64,000 nucleotides of DNA, taken from the NCBI GenBank assembly GCA_017473085.1, contig JAFUNF010000018.1, forward strand, positions 11,886 through 75,885, in the 5' to 3' direction. Positions 53,965 to 62,743 of this stretch are shown here, piece by piece. How positions within the stretch are numbered: the stretch's first letter is position 1; every line of letters starts with the position of its first letter. Made by a program: the position numbers and the translations under genes. The DNA comes from Clostridia bacterium. GTDB taxonomy: Bacteria > Bacillota > Clostridia > Oscillospirales > CAG-272. Below the pieces are notes generated by a model. It saw only the letters and a program-made list of their open reading frames with translations, was not told where the DNA came from and made no database searches.

Positions 53965-55088
53965 TATTCTTCTGTTACTTCAACGCACAAAACAATACCC
54001 TTTTTGTCGTTTCTGTAATTTATATCTGCCGTGCCCATATAGAAGGTGCTATCGCTTTTGACAAGACTTACACAGCAGTATTCACTCTCAAAATATACAA
54101 GTCTTTCAAAATCCACACTATCCTTAGCTAAGTCAAGTGCCCAAATTGAAGTTCCATATTGCCCACTTTTCAATGGATAATGGCAAAGTGCGTATAGTGT
54201 ATTATCGTCCAAGCAATAATCAAGCACATATTCTCCACCGAAATCTATGCTTTTAAAGTCAATCATATTGTCGGTGTAGTAGCCTTGTGGCGTTGCTATA
54301 AATATCCTATCGTTTACAACCACCTTAGAGCCTATGATTTTGAAGTTAATGTATGAAGCTACTCGTGCTTGACTACCAAGGTCTGACACATATTCAAAGG
54401 TGCTATTTTCCTCGTTATACTGATACACCTCTAAGGCTAAGGTGCTACTTGCATCTCGTGACATTATGGCATAAAGCTTACCCTTTAGCATAACCAAATC
54501 AAACACTCTTGCCGACTCAATGCCCTTTGTTACTCTTTTTCCGTCCTTATAAAAATAGTGTCTTATCAAATCCTTGTCACTCTCATCGGTAGAAAAGCAG
54601 GGAGAGTATGAAATATCAGCATCAACCCCATAGAAAAGGCGACCCTCATAGCTTACCACGTCAAAGCAATGCTCTGTGTTAGTCAAAATTCTATGCTGAA
54701 TCCACTCGCCATTTTCGTAGGTGTTGTAGTTAGATATATTATTGTTTTCTGTTGAGTCAATTCCAGGTGCTACTAAGGTGTTGTCAATAACGAAGAAGCT
54801 ATTGATAACCTCCTCCTTCAAAACACCACTTTCAAAAAACTCCTTAGTGTCAAGGTCGTATGCGTAAACAGTAATAGGACCTGTGTTTGCATTTCCGTCC
54901 CCTGTGCCAAAGAAAATTTTATTCTCCCACAGGTACATATCCCACACGTTATCATTAATTGGACTATCAACTACTGTAAATTCAGCAAGTGTACCGCCCT
55001 TTTCTTCCTCACAAGAGGAAAGACCAAAGCACAGACCAACACAAAGCACAAGTGCAAGAAGTAAGGCAATTGCTTTTTTCATTGGCAT
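53964..55088 (-). CDS. putative lipoprotein, function unknown (repetitive beta-rich sequence)
   Basis: Signal peptide with lipobox GLSSCEE. 374 aa. Confidence 0.55.
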   Translation of the reverse strand: MPMKKAIALLLALVLCVGLCFGLSSCEEEKGGTLAEFTVVDSPINDNVWDMYLWENKIFFGTGDGNANTGPITVYAYDLDTKEFFESGVLKEEVINSFFVIDNTLVAPGIDSTENNNISNYNTYENGEWIQHRILTNTEHCFDVVSYEGRLFYGVDADISYSPCFSTDESDKDLIRHYFYKDGKRVTKGIESARVFDLVMLKGKLYAIMSRDASSTLALEVYQYNEENSTFEYVSDLGSQARVASYINFKIIGSKVVVNDRIFIATPQGYYTDNMIDFKSIDFGGEYVLDYCLDDNTLYALCHYPLKSGQYGTSIWALDLAKDSVDFERLVYFESEYCCVSLVKSDSTFYMGTADINYRNDKKGIVLCVEVTEE

Positions 55089-55116
55089 ACTCCTTTCTTA
55101 AGGCTTACAATATAAC

Positions 55117-55217
55117 CCTGCGAAGCAGGATTTCATCGTGAAAGCGATTTCATTCACCAAAGGTGGATTTCATCCGTCAAAGACGGATTTCATTGCGTTG
55201 TGACTTTGTCACAACGC
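55117..55217. repeat. hairpin-linker array, ATTTCAT flavour (5 hairpins)
   Basis: cctgc-gaa-gcagg, ATTTCAT, cgt-gaaa-gcg, ATTTCAT, tcacc-aaa-ggtgg, ATTTCAT, ccgtc-aaa-gacgg, ATTTCATT, gcgttgtgac-ttt-gtcacaacgc. Confidence 0.8.
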
Positions 55218-55220
55218 CGA

Positions 55221-56345
55221 CTACCAGTTTGTATTCCACTTTCTTTTATAGGTATCGTTAAGGGGCTTTTCGGTGTCTTTTTTAGACACAGGGTGCTCTT
55301 TTTTTTGCATTTCTTCAAGAAAGCTTAAAAATTCATTCTCGTCAATTGGCAAGGCTACTACCTCGCCCTTGTAGGAGGAAAGGTAAGCACAGTTTGAAAT
55401 TTCAAGGCTTTTTAGTCCCTCTGTGGCAGGAGCAATTAGCTCCTTACCCTTAACTATTGCATTTACAAAATCCTTAATAATCTCCTTGTGACCGTTATAT
55501 TCCTTATCCCTAAAGGTCCTTAGCTTTTGTCCGTCCCTTTGAAGAATTAGCTTGCCCTTTTCAAGAAGAATTGAGCCACACTCTCCACTAATTTCAAGCC
55601 TGTTTGTACCATATTTGTCGCCTGTTGTGGTAATAAAGGTGCCAGTTGCTCCGTTTTCGTATTCGGCTATGATAGTTGCTTCATCCTCAACGGAAATATT
55701 GTGATACTTACCATTTTTGCAAACTGCATAAATTGTTTTTGGCATACCACAAAGCCACTGCCAAAGATCAAGATTGTGGGGGGCTTGATTAAGAAGCACT
55801 CCACCACCCTCACCCGTGTAGCTACCTCGCCAGCTATCAGACTCGTAGTACTGTTGTGTGCGATACCAGTTAGTAATTATCCACACGTTCCTTTGTATTT
55901 TTCCAATTTCGCCCTTGTCAATAAGCTTTTTTGCAAGAGTGTAAAGCTTGTTTACTCTTTGGTTTAGCATAATTCCAAAGACTACTCCCTTGTCCTCAGC
56001 CTTTTGACAAAGCTGTTTTCCACCCTTAGTAAATACACCAAAGGGCTTTTCCGTTAGCACGTGCACACCCCTTTCAATAGCATACTCGGCTATTGTTGGG
56101 TGCAGATAGTGGGGAGTTGCAATAATTACTGCATCTATGCCACTATTTATTAAATCCTCGTATTTTTCAAATACAGGAATTTGTGGGTGCTTTTCCTTAA
56201 GTGCGCTTAGCTTTTCCTTATCAATATCACAAAGGCCACCCAAGGTGCCACCCTCTATTTGATTTGTAATAATGGTATTCAGGTGTACGCTACCTATGTT
56301 GCCTACACCCACAATACCTATTTTTATAGTCTTTTTCATCGTCAA
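55221..56345 (-). CDS. Gfo/Idh/MocA family oxidoreductase
   Basis: N-terminal Rossmann motif IGIVGVGNIG. 374 aa. Confidence 0.8.
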   Translation of the reverse strand: MTMKKTIKIGIVGVGNIGSVHLNTIITNQIEGGTLGGLCDIDKEKLSALKEKHPQIPVFEKYEDLINSGIDAVIIATPHYLHPTIAEYAIERGVHVLTEKPFGVFTKGGKQLCQKAEDKGVVFGIMLNQRVNKLYTLAKKLIDKGEIGKIQRNVWIITNWYRTQQYYESDSWRGSYTGEGGGVLLNQAPHNLDLWQWLCGMPKTIYAVCKNGKYHNISVEDEATIIAEYENGATGTFITTTGDKYGTNRLEISGECGSILLEKGKLILQRDGQKLRTFRDKEYNGHKEIIKDFVNAIVKGKELIAPATEGLKSLEISNCAYLSSYKGEVVALPIDENEFLSFLEEMQKKEHPVSKKDTEKPLNDTYKRKWNTNW

Positions 56346-57509
56346 TTAATGAAAGGAATCTCCCATATTTACCTTTGCGGTCTTAGTTTCCTTTTTCTTT
56401 CCACCTGATGCATTAATTCTCTTTTGCAATTCCTCGTAGAATAAATCGTGGTCAAGTGAGTCAAGCTCGATTGGCTTACCAAGCCAGCTTGACAGGTGCA
56501 TTGCGTTTGAGATAGTCAAGCCGAAAATACCCTCAACGCCATCTGCTACCATTGGCTCATCTCTTAAAATTGCACCTGCAAATGCGTTTAAAACTCCTGC
56601 GTGCTGTGGATTTTGTCCGTCTGTTTCAACTACTGTTTTTTCAAATGGTGGTGCTGCAAAGGCATTGTCCGTTGTTCTTGACCATTCTGGCTCGGACATT
56701 TCTGTTTTCCACATAGTAAGCTCGTTATTTTCGCAAATTAGCTTACCTCTTTCAAGAGTAATTTCAAAGCGATTTGTACCTGGAGTGTCGCCTGTTGTAG
56801 TAATAAACGTGCCTGTTGCTCCGTTTTCATACTCAACGTAAGCAGTTACGTCGTCCTCAACCTCAATATCGTGCCACTTACCATAGTGAAGCTTAGCCTC
56901 AACAACCTTAGGCATACCACAAATCCATTGCCAAAGGTCAAGATTGTGTGGGCATTGGTTGAGCAAAACTCCACCACCCTCGCCCTGCCAGGTTGCACGC
57001 CAGTCGCCTGATTGATAGTAAATTGCAGGTCTATACCAGTCGGTAATAATCCAGCTTGTACGCTTAATTGCGCCCATTTCTCCACTCTTTACGATTTCAC
57101 GCATCTTGCGATAGATACAGTTTGTACGTTGGTTCATCATAATACCAACCTTAACCTTAGCATTTTTTGCGTGCTCGTTCATTTCCAAAACCTGCTTAGT
57201 GTAAACACCTGCTGGCTTTTCAATCATTACGTGAAGATTTTTTTCAATTGCCATTATTGCAAATTTTGGGTGGTCGTAGTGTGGCACTGCTACCAAAATA
57301 GCATCAACTAAGCCACTATCCATCATTTTTTCTGCATCATCAAATACTGCTACGTCTGGCTTTTTTTCAAGGGCTTCCTTTCTTCTTTCTTCCTTTAGGT
57401 CGCAAACTGCACAAAGGTCGATTTCAGGGCACTTACCCCCTATAATGTTGTCTGTATGTACCTTACCTATATTACCAAAGCCAATTATACCAAGTCTTAC
57501 CTTTTTCAT
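56346..57509 (-). CDS. Gfo/Idh/MocA family oxidoreductase
   Basis: LGIIGFGNIG. Paralogous to the downstream gene (shared GGGVLLNQxPHNLDLWQWxCGMPK). Confidence 0.8.
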   Translation of the reverse strand: MKKVRLGIIGFGNIGKVHTDNIIGGKCPEIDLCAVCDLKEERRKEALEKKPDVAVFDDAEKMMDSGLVDAILVAVPHYDHPKFAIMAIEKNLHVMIEKPAGVYTKQVLEMNEHAKNAKVKVGIMMNQRTNCIYRKMREIVKSGEMGAIKRTSWIITDWYRPAIYYQSGDWRATWQGEGGGVLLNQCPHNLDLWQWICGMPKVVEAKLHYGKWHDIEVEDDVTAYVEYENGATGTFITTTGDTPGTNRFEITLERGKLICENNELTMWKTEMSEPEWSRTTDNAFAAPPFEKTVVETDGQNPQHAGVLNAFAGAILRDEPMVADGVEGIFGLTISNAMHLSSWLGKPIELDSLDHDLFYEELQKRINASGGKKKETKTAKVNMGDSFH

Positions 57510-57510
57510 A

Positions 57511-58266
57511 TTATAAACCTCTTGATTTCAAATATTTGTAGCTATCAGTTAAGCAATCAAATGGGCAAGCACCATTACAGTTGTCCTGCTCTACCAAAAG
57601 ATACTTAGCACCACTTCTTGCACAAGCATCAATAATCTTTTCCATATTAAGATTACCATAGCCAACTCTTTCCATAATGGGATTGCCTAAGGAAACTGCG
57701 TAATCCTTAAGATGCACGCACTCAACTCTGCCAGCAAGAGACTTAATAAGCTCCTCAGGATTCATTCCACCATACTGTGCCCAGTAGGTGTCAACAGTTA
57801 TGCCAAGCTCCTCAGGTGGAAATGCCTCAAGAATTTTATCCATAAAGGTATCTTTGTCCTCAAGACGCTCAAACTCGTGTCCGTGATGGTGGTAAAATAG
57901 CTTTGCACCATTTTCTCTGAAAATTCTTGCAGGCTCCTTGAAGTTTTTGATAAACAATTCAAGGTTTTCCTTAGTTGGTCCACCTGGCATAATTCCAATA
58001 CCGATGTTGGTACAACCAAAGATTTTGTGCTCCTCTACTACCTTAAGTGGCTCCTTTATAATTCTATCAGGGCTTGTGTGTGTCAAAACACATTTTAGTC
58101 CGTTTTTGTCAAGCTGTTCCTTAAGCCAGTATGGGTCATAGGCACAGGTGCCTGAAATTTGAACTGTTTTGTAGCCGATTTTAGCCACTCTCTCAAGTGT
58201 TTTTGCAAAATCCTCAAGACTTGTGCAATTATCTCTTAATGTATAAAACTGTGCTCCGATTTCCAT
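57511..58266 (-). CDS. sugar phosphate isomerase/epimerase (xylose-isomerase-like TIM barrel)
   Basis: 251 aa. Typical AP_endonuc_2 / TIM-barrel layout (HHHGHEF, VHLKDY). Confidence 0.7.
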   Translation of the reverse strand: MEIGAQFYTLRDNCTSLEDFAKTLERVAKIGYKTVQISGTCAYDPYWLKEQLDKNGLKCVLTHTSPDRIIKEPLKVVEEHKIFGCTNIGIGIMPGGPTKENLELFIKNFKEPARIFRENGAKLFYHHHGHEFERLEDKDTFMDKILEAFPPEELGITVDTYWAQYGGMNPEELIKSLAGRVECVHLKDYAVSLGNPIMERVGYGNLNMEKIIDACARSGAKYLLVEQDNCNGACPFDCLTDSYKYLKSRGL

Positions 58267-58268
58267 TT

Positions 58269-59099
58269 TTAGTACTCCAATCCTAATTTATCAAGTAAAT
58301 TTTTCAAAGCTTTAACGCCTGTGTCAAATGCCTCGTTTTCGTCGTTAAACTTGCTTTCTCCCTTTAGGCTCTCGCCATTTTCAAGTCTGGAAAGACCGTA
58401 AAACTCCATTAGGTGTGGCTCAAGGGTTAGCACCTCGCCACCCATTTTTTCGTATTCTGAAACTACGTATTCAAGATTTCCAATACCGTAGCCTGCTGGC
58501 ACAACCTGACCATTTTCAAGTGCGTCCTTAATATGTAGATAGTCAACGTAGGGGTTAAGCATTTCCCAAGCGCCCTTAGTTTCAACCTTGCATTGAACGA
58601 AGTTGGCAGGGTCAAAAACTGCCTTTATTCCCTTAACCTCTTGACAGATTTTCAAGCAATTTTCCCACTTATCGCCATAAATACCCTTTTCGTTTTCGTG
58701 ACAAAGAATAAGGTCATCTCCTGCAAGCTCACACAAATGGTTAAGTCTTGCAATAATCTCCTTTTCCTCTCCGTCAAAGAAGCTGAACATTCTAATTCTC
58801 TTACAACCAAAAAGCCTTGCAATTTCGCATAATCTTAAAAAGGTTGATTCTTGCTTTTCCACGTCCTCGTTGATTTTAGCCTTACCAACAGGAGAGCCAA
58901 TTGACCAAACGCTAATTCCGTTTTTGTCAAGAAGAGATTTTACCTCTCTTGCCTTTTCCATTGTAATCTCGGAAATGTTTTGTCCGTCAACACCTCTTAT
59001 TTCCAAAAGGGAAATATTATTTCTTTTAAGTGCCTCAATTTGCCCACTTAAATCCTTAGATGCCTCGTCAGCAAATGCACACAATTTCATTTTTTTCAT
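58269..59099 (-). CDS. sugar phosphate isomerase/epimerase (xylose-isomerase-like TIM barrel)
   Basis: 276 aa with HENE and HIKD motifs. First gene of the four-gene operon. Confidence 0.7.
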   Translation of the reverse strand: MKKMKLCAFADEASKDLSGQIEALKRNNISLLEIRGVDGQNISEITMEKAREVKSLLDKNGISVWSIGSPVGKAKINEDVEKQESTFLRLCEIARLFGCKRIRMFSFFDGEEKEIIARLNHLCELAGDDLILCHENEKGIYGDKWENCLKICQEVKGIKAVFDPANFVQCKVETKGAWEMLNPYVDYLHIKDALENGQVVPAGYGIGNLEYVVSEYEKMGGEVLTLEPHLMEFYGLSRLENGESLKGESKFNDENEAFDTGVKALKNLLDKLGLEY

Positions 59100-59234
59100 T
59101 TTCTTCTCCTTTGTAGTCTTACTACTTTTCTTATTGTACTACACTTTTTTCCTTAATACAATCTATTTTTTATTTTTATTTAAAAATAAACACAAAAATA
59201 AAGGGGTAACGAAACGTAGCTTGCCCATTTTACA

Positions 59235-59265
59235 AAAACAAAAACGCACCCTTGGTGCGTTTTCA
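59235..59265 (-). terminator. rho-independent terminator after pepF
   Basis: The minus strand reads gcacc-aag-ggtgc followed by gtttttgttttt. Confidence 0.65.
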
Positions 59266-59270
59266 TTCTA

Positions 59271-60959
59271 TTATTGCAATTTTGAAAGAAGAGCCTCAAT
59301 TTTTTCGGCAATTCCCTTAAGCGAGCCCTGCTCAAAGGGGGACTTAATTCCTGCAAGTGATAAAAGGTCAACAAAGCTATAATTTCCTGTGCGTCTTGCG
59401 TGGTCGATATAGGTCTTAAGTGCGCCCTCGTAGTCCTCTAAGCTTAAGCACAAAAATTCAAAGGCAACAACCTGTGCAAGACAGTAATCAACATAGTAAA
59501 ATGGGCTTTGGAAAATGTGGTTTTGATATTGCCATCTTGTGCCCTTTTCCAAATATTCAATGCCCTCACTGTTCATCCAAGGACGGAATTCCTTTTCAAG
59601 TTTATTCCAAAGGTCGTTTCTCTCACGTGGTGTCATATCAGGGTTTTCGTAAACTATCTGTTGGAAGTAGTCAACTATAATTCCGTAAGGAATAAAGGAA
59701 AGGGCAGAGAAAAGGTGCTTATACTTGTAAGCCTGTGCTCTTTCGCCAAAGAACTTATCCATAAATTTCCAAGCAAAGAACTCCATGCTCATTGAGTGGG
59801 TTTCTGCTGTTTCCATTCCACCTAAGGAAAGCTCAGGTGTCATATCCTTTGCGCCTACAAAGTAAGCAAAGGCGTGACCTGCCTCGTGGGTAATTACGTC
59901 AATATCCGCAGTTGTGCCATTGAAGTTAGCAAAAATAAAGGGTTGCTTATAAATTGGGAAGAAGGTCATATAGCCACCTGTCCACTTACCCTCTCTTGGC
60001 ATTACGTCAAAGGCATCTGTTTCAAACATTACGTCAATAAATTCCTTAGTTTCAGGACACATTTCGTGATACATTTCCTTGCCTGCCTCCAAAATTCCCT
60101 GTGCATCAAGGATTGGAGTTGGGTCGTTTTCGGAATAAGTTGAATCGTCATAAAGCTTCATTTCCTCAATGCCAAGACGAGTGGCAAGCTCGCCCTTTAG
60201 CCTTGTAATAACAGGCACAAGGTCACGCTTTACGTTTTCACGGAATACTGCAATCTTGTCCTTATCATAGCAGGTTCTTTGCATTAGATTGTAGCCAAGC
60301 CCAACGTAATTTTCATAGCCTAACTTAGTTGCCATTTGATGACGGATTTTAACCATTTCGTCATAAATATTGTCCAAAAACTCACTATTTGCACTTAAGG
60401 ATTTACCAAGGGAGGCATAAGCCTCCTTTCTTGTTTCTCTGTCACTGCTTTGCATATGCTTCCTCAGTGTGCCAAGGGTAAGCTTTTCGCCTCTGAAATC
60501 ATAGGTAAGCTCGGAAACAAACTTAGAATATTTTGTAGTAAGCTCGTTTTCCTTTTGCATTTCCTCAAGTATTCTTTCGTCAGCACACTTTAAGGAAAGC
60601 TCCATCATAGTAATTACAAGTGGGTTTAGTTCCTTTTTAGCCTCTTGTAAATATGGGGAGTCCAAAAATGCCTTTGTAAACTTAAGGTCGTACATTTGTA
60701 ATTCAGGCAAGGTCTTGTTAAAATAATCCATTTCCTTTTCATAAAACTCGTCTCTGCTATTAAGATTAAGTCTTGTAGAGGCAAGCCTTGCCATAGTGCC
60801 TACGTACTCACTATCACGATTGTAGTCCTCTCTTGCCTTTAATATATCACTGGCACATTTTGCATTTTCTACTGCCTTTATTTGCGCCTCCATTTTTTCA
60901 ATAACCTGATTTTTGTCAGGTCTTTGATATTCCATATCCTTAATTTTTACGTAGCTCAT
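59271..60959 (-). CDS. pepF: M3 family oligoendopeptidase (PepF-like)
   Basis: Zinc motif HEAGHAF. 562 aa. Confidence 0.85.
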   Translation of the reverse strand: MSYVKIKDMEYQRPDKNQVIEKMEAQIKAVENAKCASDILKAREDYNRDSEYVGTMARLASTRLNLNSRDEFYEKEMDYFNKTLPELQMYDLKFTKAFLDSPYLQEAKKELNPLVITMMELSLKCADERILEEMQKENELTTKYSKFVSELTYDFRGEKLTLGTLRKHMQSSDRETRKEAYASLGKSLSANSEFLDNIYDEMVKIRHQMATKLGYENYVGLGYNLMQRTCYDKDKIAVFRENVKRDLVPVITRLKGELATRLGIEEMKLYDDSTYSENDPTPILDAQGILEAGKEMYHEMCPETKEFIDVMFETDAFDVMPREGKWTGGYMTFFPIYKQPFIFANFNGTTADIDVITHEAGHAFAYFVGAKDMTPELSLGGMETAETHSMSMEFFAWKFMDKFFGERAQAYKYKHLFSALSFIPYGIIVDYFQQIVYENPDMTPRERNDLWNKLEKEFRPWMNSEGIEYLEKGTRWQYQNHIFQSPFYYVDYCLAQVVAFEFLCLSLEDYEGALKTYIDHARRTGNYSFVDLLSLAGIKSPFEQGSLKGIAEKIEALLSKLQ

Positions 60960-61567
60960 TATTCCCCCAAAATGCTATCTAAATATTTTTTTAACTTAGC
61001 AGAATCTCCGTCAAAGGCGTAGGTGTTTATGCCTACTGCCATAGCACCCTTAATATTCTTTTCATTGTCGTCAATGAAAATACATTCCTCTGCTCTTACG
61101 TTATATTTATTCAAGAGATGCTCAAAAATTTCACGACTTGGCTTTACAATTCCAATTTCTCCTGAAAAAACACAGCCGTCAAGCAGGCTAAGAATTGGAA
61201 TTTCCTCTCTGTGTGAGGAAAAGTAGGTTGAAATATTTGAAAGCAAGTAAATATTTACATTATATTTTTCCTTTAAGTAAAGTACTAAGTCCCTCATACC
61301 ATCAATTTCAGGTATGTTGTAAATCCAATTGTAGTAAATGGTGTCAGCTACATCCCATAGCCTTTTTGGTATTCTTTCCTTAACAAGAGAAAGAGTTTCC
61401 TCGTTGGAAATTGTACCTTGGTCAAGTCTGTCCCAATAAAGACGGTCAAAAAGCACCTCTTCAAGTAATTTTTTGTCGTCCTCGTTGGTTACGTATCTGC
61501 CAACCATATATTCAGGCTCAAAGTGAACAAGCACCTGCCCAAAGTCAAAAATAACAGTTTTAATCAT
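60959..61567 (-). CDS. HAD family hydrolase
   Basis: Motif I VIFDFGQVL and motif IV FIDDNEKN. 202 aa. Confidence 0.75.
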   Translation of the reverse strand: MIKTVIFDFGQVLVHFEPEYMVGRYVTNEDDKKLLEEVLFDRLYWDRLDQGTISNEETLSLVKERIPKRLWDVADTIYYNWIYNIPEIDGMRDLVLYLKEKYNVNIYLLSNISTYFSSHREEIPILSLLDGCVFSGEIGIVKPSREIFEHLLNKYNVRAEECIFIDDNEKNIKGAMAVGINTYAFDGDSAKLKKYLDSILGE

Positions 61568-61575
61568 AAATCCTC

Positions 61576-62367
61576 CTAAAATACAAGCACCTTATAAAGC
61601 TCTGCAAGACCAACTGCAAAGCCGATTGCCATTAATATAATGCCCGTTACACGATTTAAGGTAATAGGCTTTAGCTTGTTTGCCATCTTTGAGGCAATTC
61701 TTGCCCACAAAAGTGTAAATACAACACAAGAAAACAAGCAAAGTATATTGGGCGAGCCACCTATTGAGAAGTGACTGATTGCACCCGTGAGTGCCGTAAA
61801 GGTCATAATAAATACGCTGGTGCCAACTGCCTTTTTAAGCTCATAGCCAAGAACAGAGGTAAGCATAAATAGCATAACCATGCCACCACCCGCGCCTACA
61901 AAGCCACAAACAAAGCCAACGCAAGCGCCTGCAATTAAGGAGTAAGCAATTTTCTTACCACCCTTTAGGCTCTTTTCGGATTTTTTGTGCTCCTTAATAG
62001 GCTTAACAATAAAGCGAATACCCATAATTATGGTAACAACAAAGGCACAGCCCTCCATCATCATAGCAGGCACAAGGCTACCAACGTAGCTACCTACTGT
62101 GGTCAAGGCAAGAACTGCAACCATCATCAAAATACCATTTTTAATATCAACGTTTTTGCTTTTGTAGTAGGTAAAGGCAGAAATACCACTTGCAAGCACG
62201 TCACTTGCTAATGCGATACCAACAGCCTCGTAAATGGGAACGTCTAAAAACACCACAAGCATAGGAGTAATAGCAACTGCTGCACTCATACCTGCAAAGC
62301 CTGTACCAAGTCCTGCTGCCATTGACCCGATAAAGCAAAATATAATTTTAATTAATATATCTATCAA
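61576..62367 (-). CDS. TauE/SafE family sulfite-exporter-like membrane protein
   Basis: 263 aa with about 8 TM helices and glycine-rich repeats (GxGxGFAGM, GAGGGMVM). Confidence 0.75.
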   Translation of the reverse strand: MIDILIKIIFCFIGSMAAGLGTGFAGMSAAVAITPMLVVFLDVPIYEAVGIALASDVLASGISAFTYYKSKNVDIKNGILMMVAVLALTTVGSYVGSLVPAMMMEGCAFVVTIIMGIRFIVKPIKEHKKSEKSLKGGKKIAYSLIAGACVGFVCGFVGAGGGMVMLFMLTSVLGYELKKAVGTSVFIMTFTALTGAISHFSIGGSPNILCLFSCVVFTLLWARIASKMANKLKPITLNRVTGIILMAIGFAVGLAELYKVLVF

Positions 62368-62743
62368 AATAAAATTCTCCTAAATAGTCAAGCCATAAAA
62401 GCCTAAGTATCAACGCCATACAGATATATTGTATCACATAATATTAAATTTTGCAAGTGCGTAATATTGGGGGCATACAAGTGCTATTGAAAGCATCTGA
62501 GCATGCTGTGACAAATCACATATAATACTATATAATCAGTTTCAAAAATTTTTAAGCTTCGACAGAGAGTTTTATTGAAAGAATGGAATATTTACAAGGG
62601 ACACCTGACATAAAAATAATCATTAGTATCAGAGCTGTGGCAAAGCCAAGCTTATGGAAGCGTATACAGATTACTTGAAAATAAAGATGCAAGACTACGC
62701 TGAAGCGACCTCATTCAGCTCTCGCAGGCTTGCATCCTTCTGA

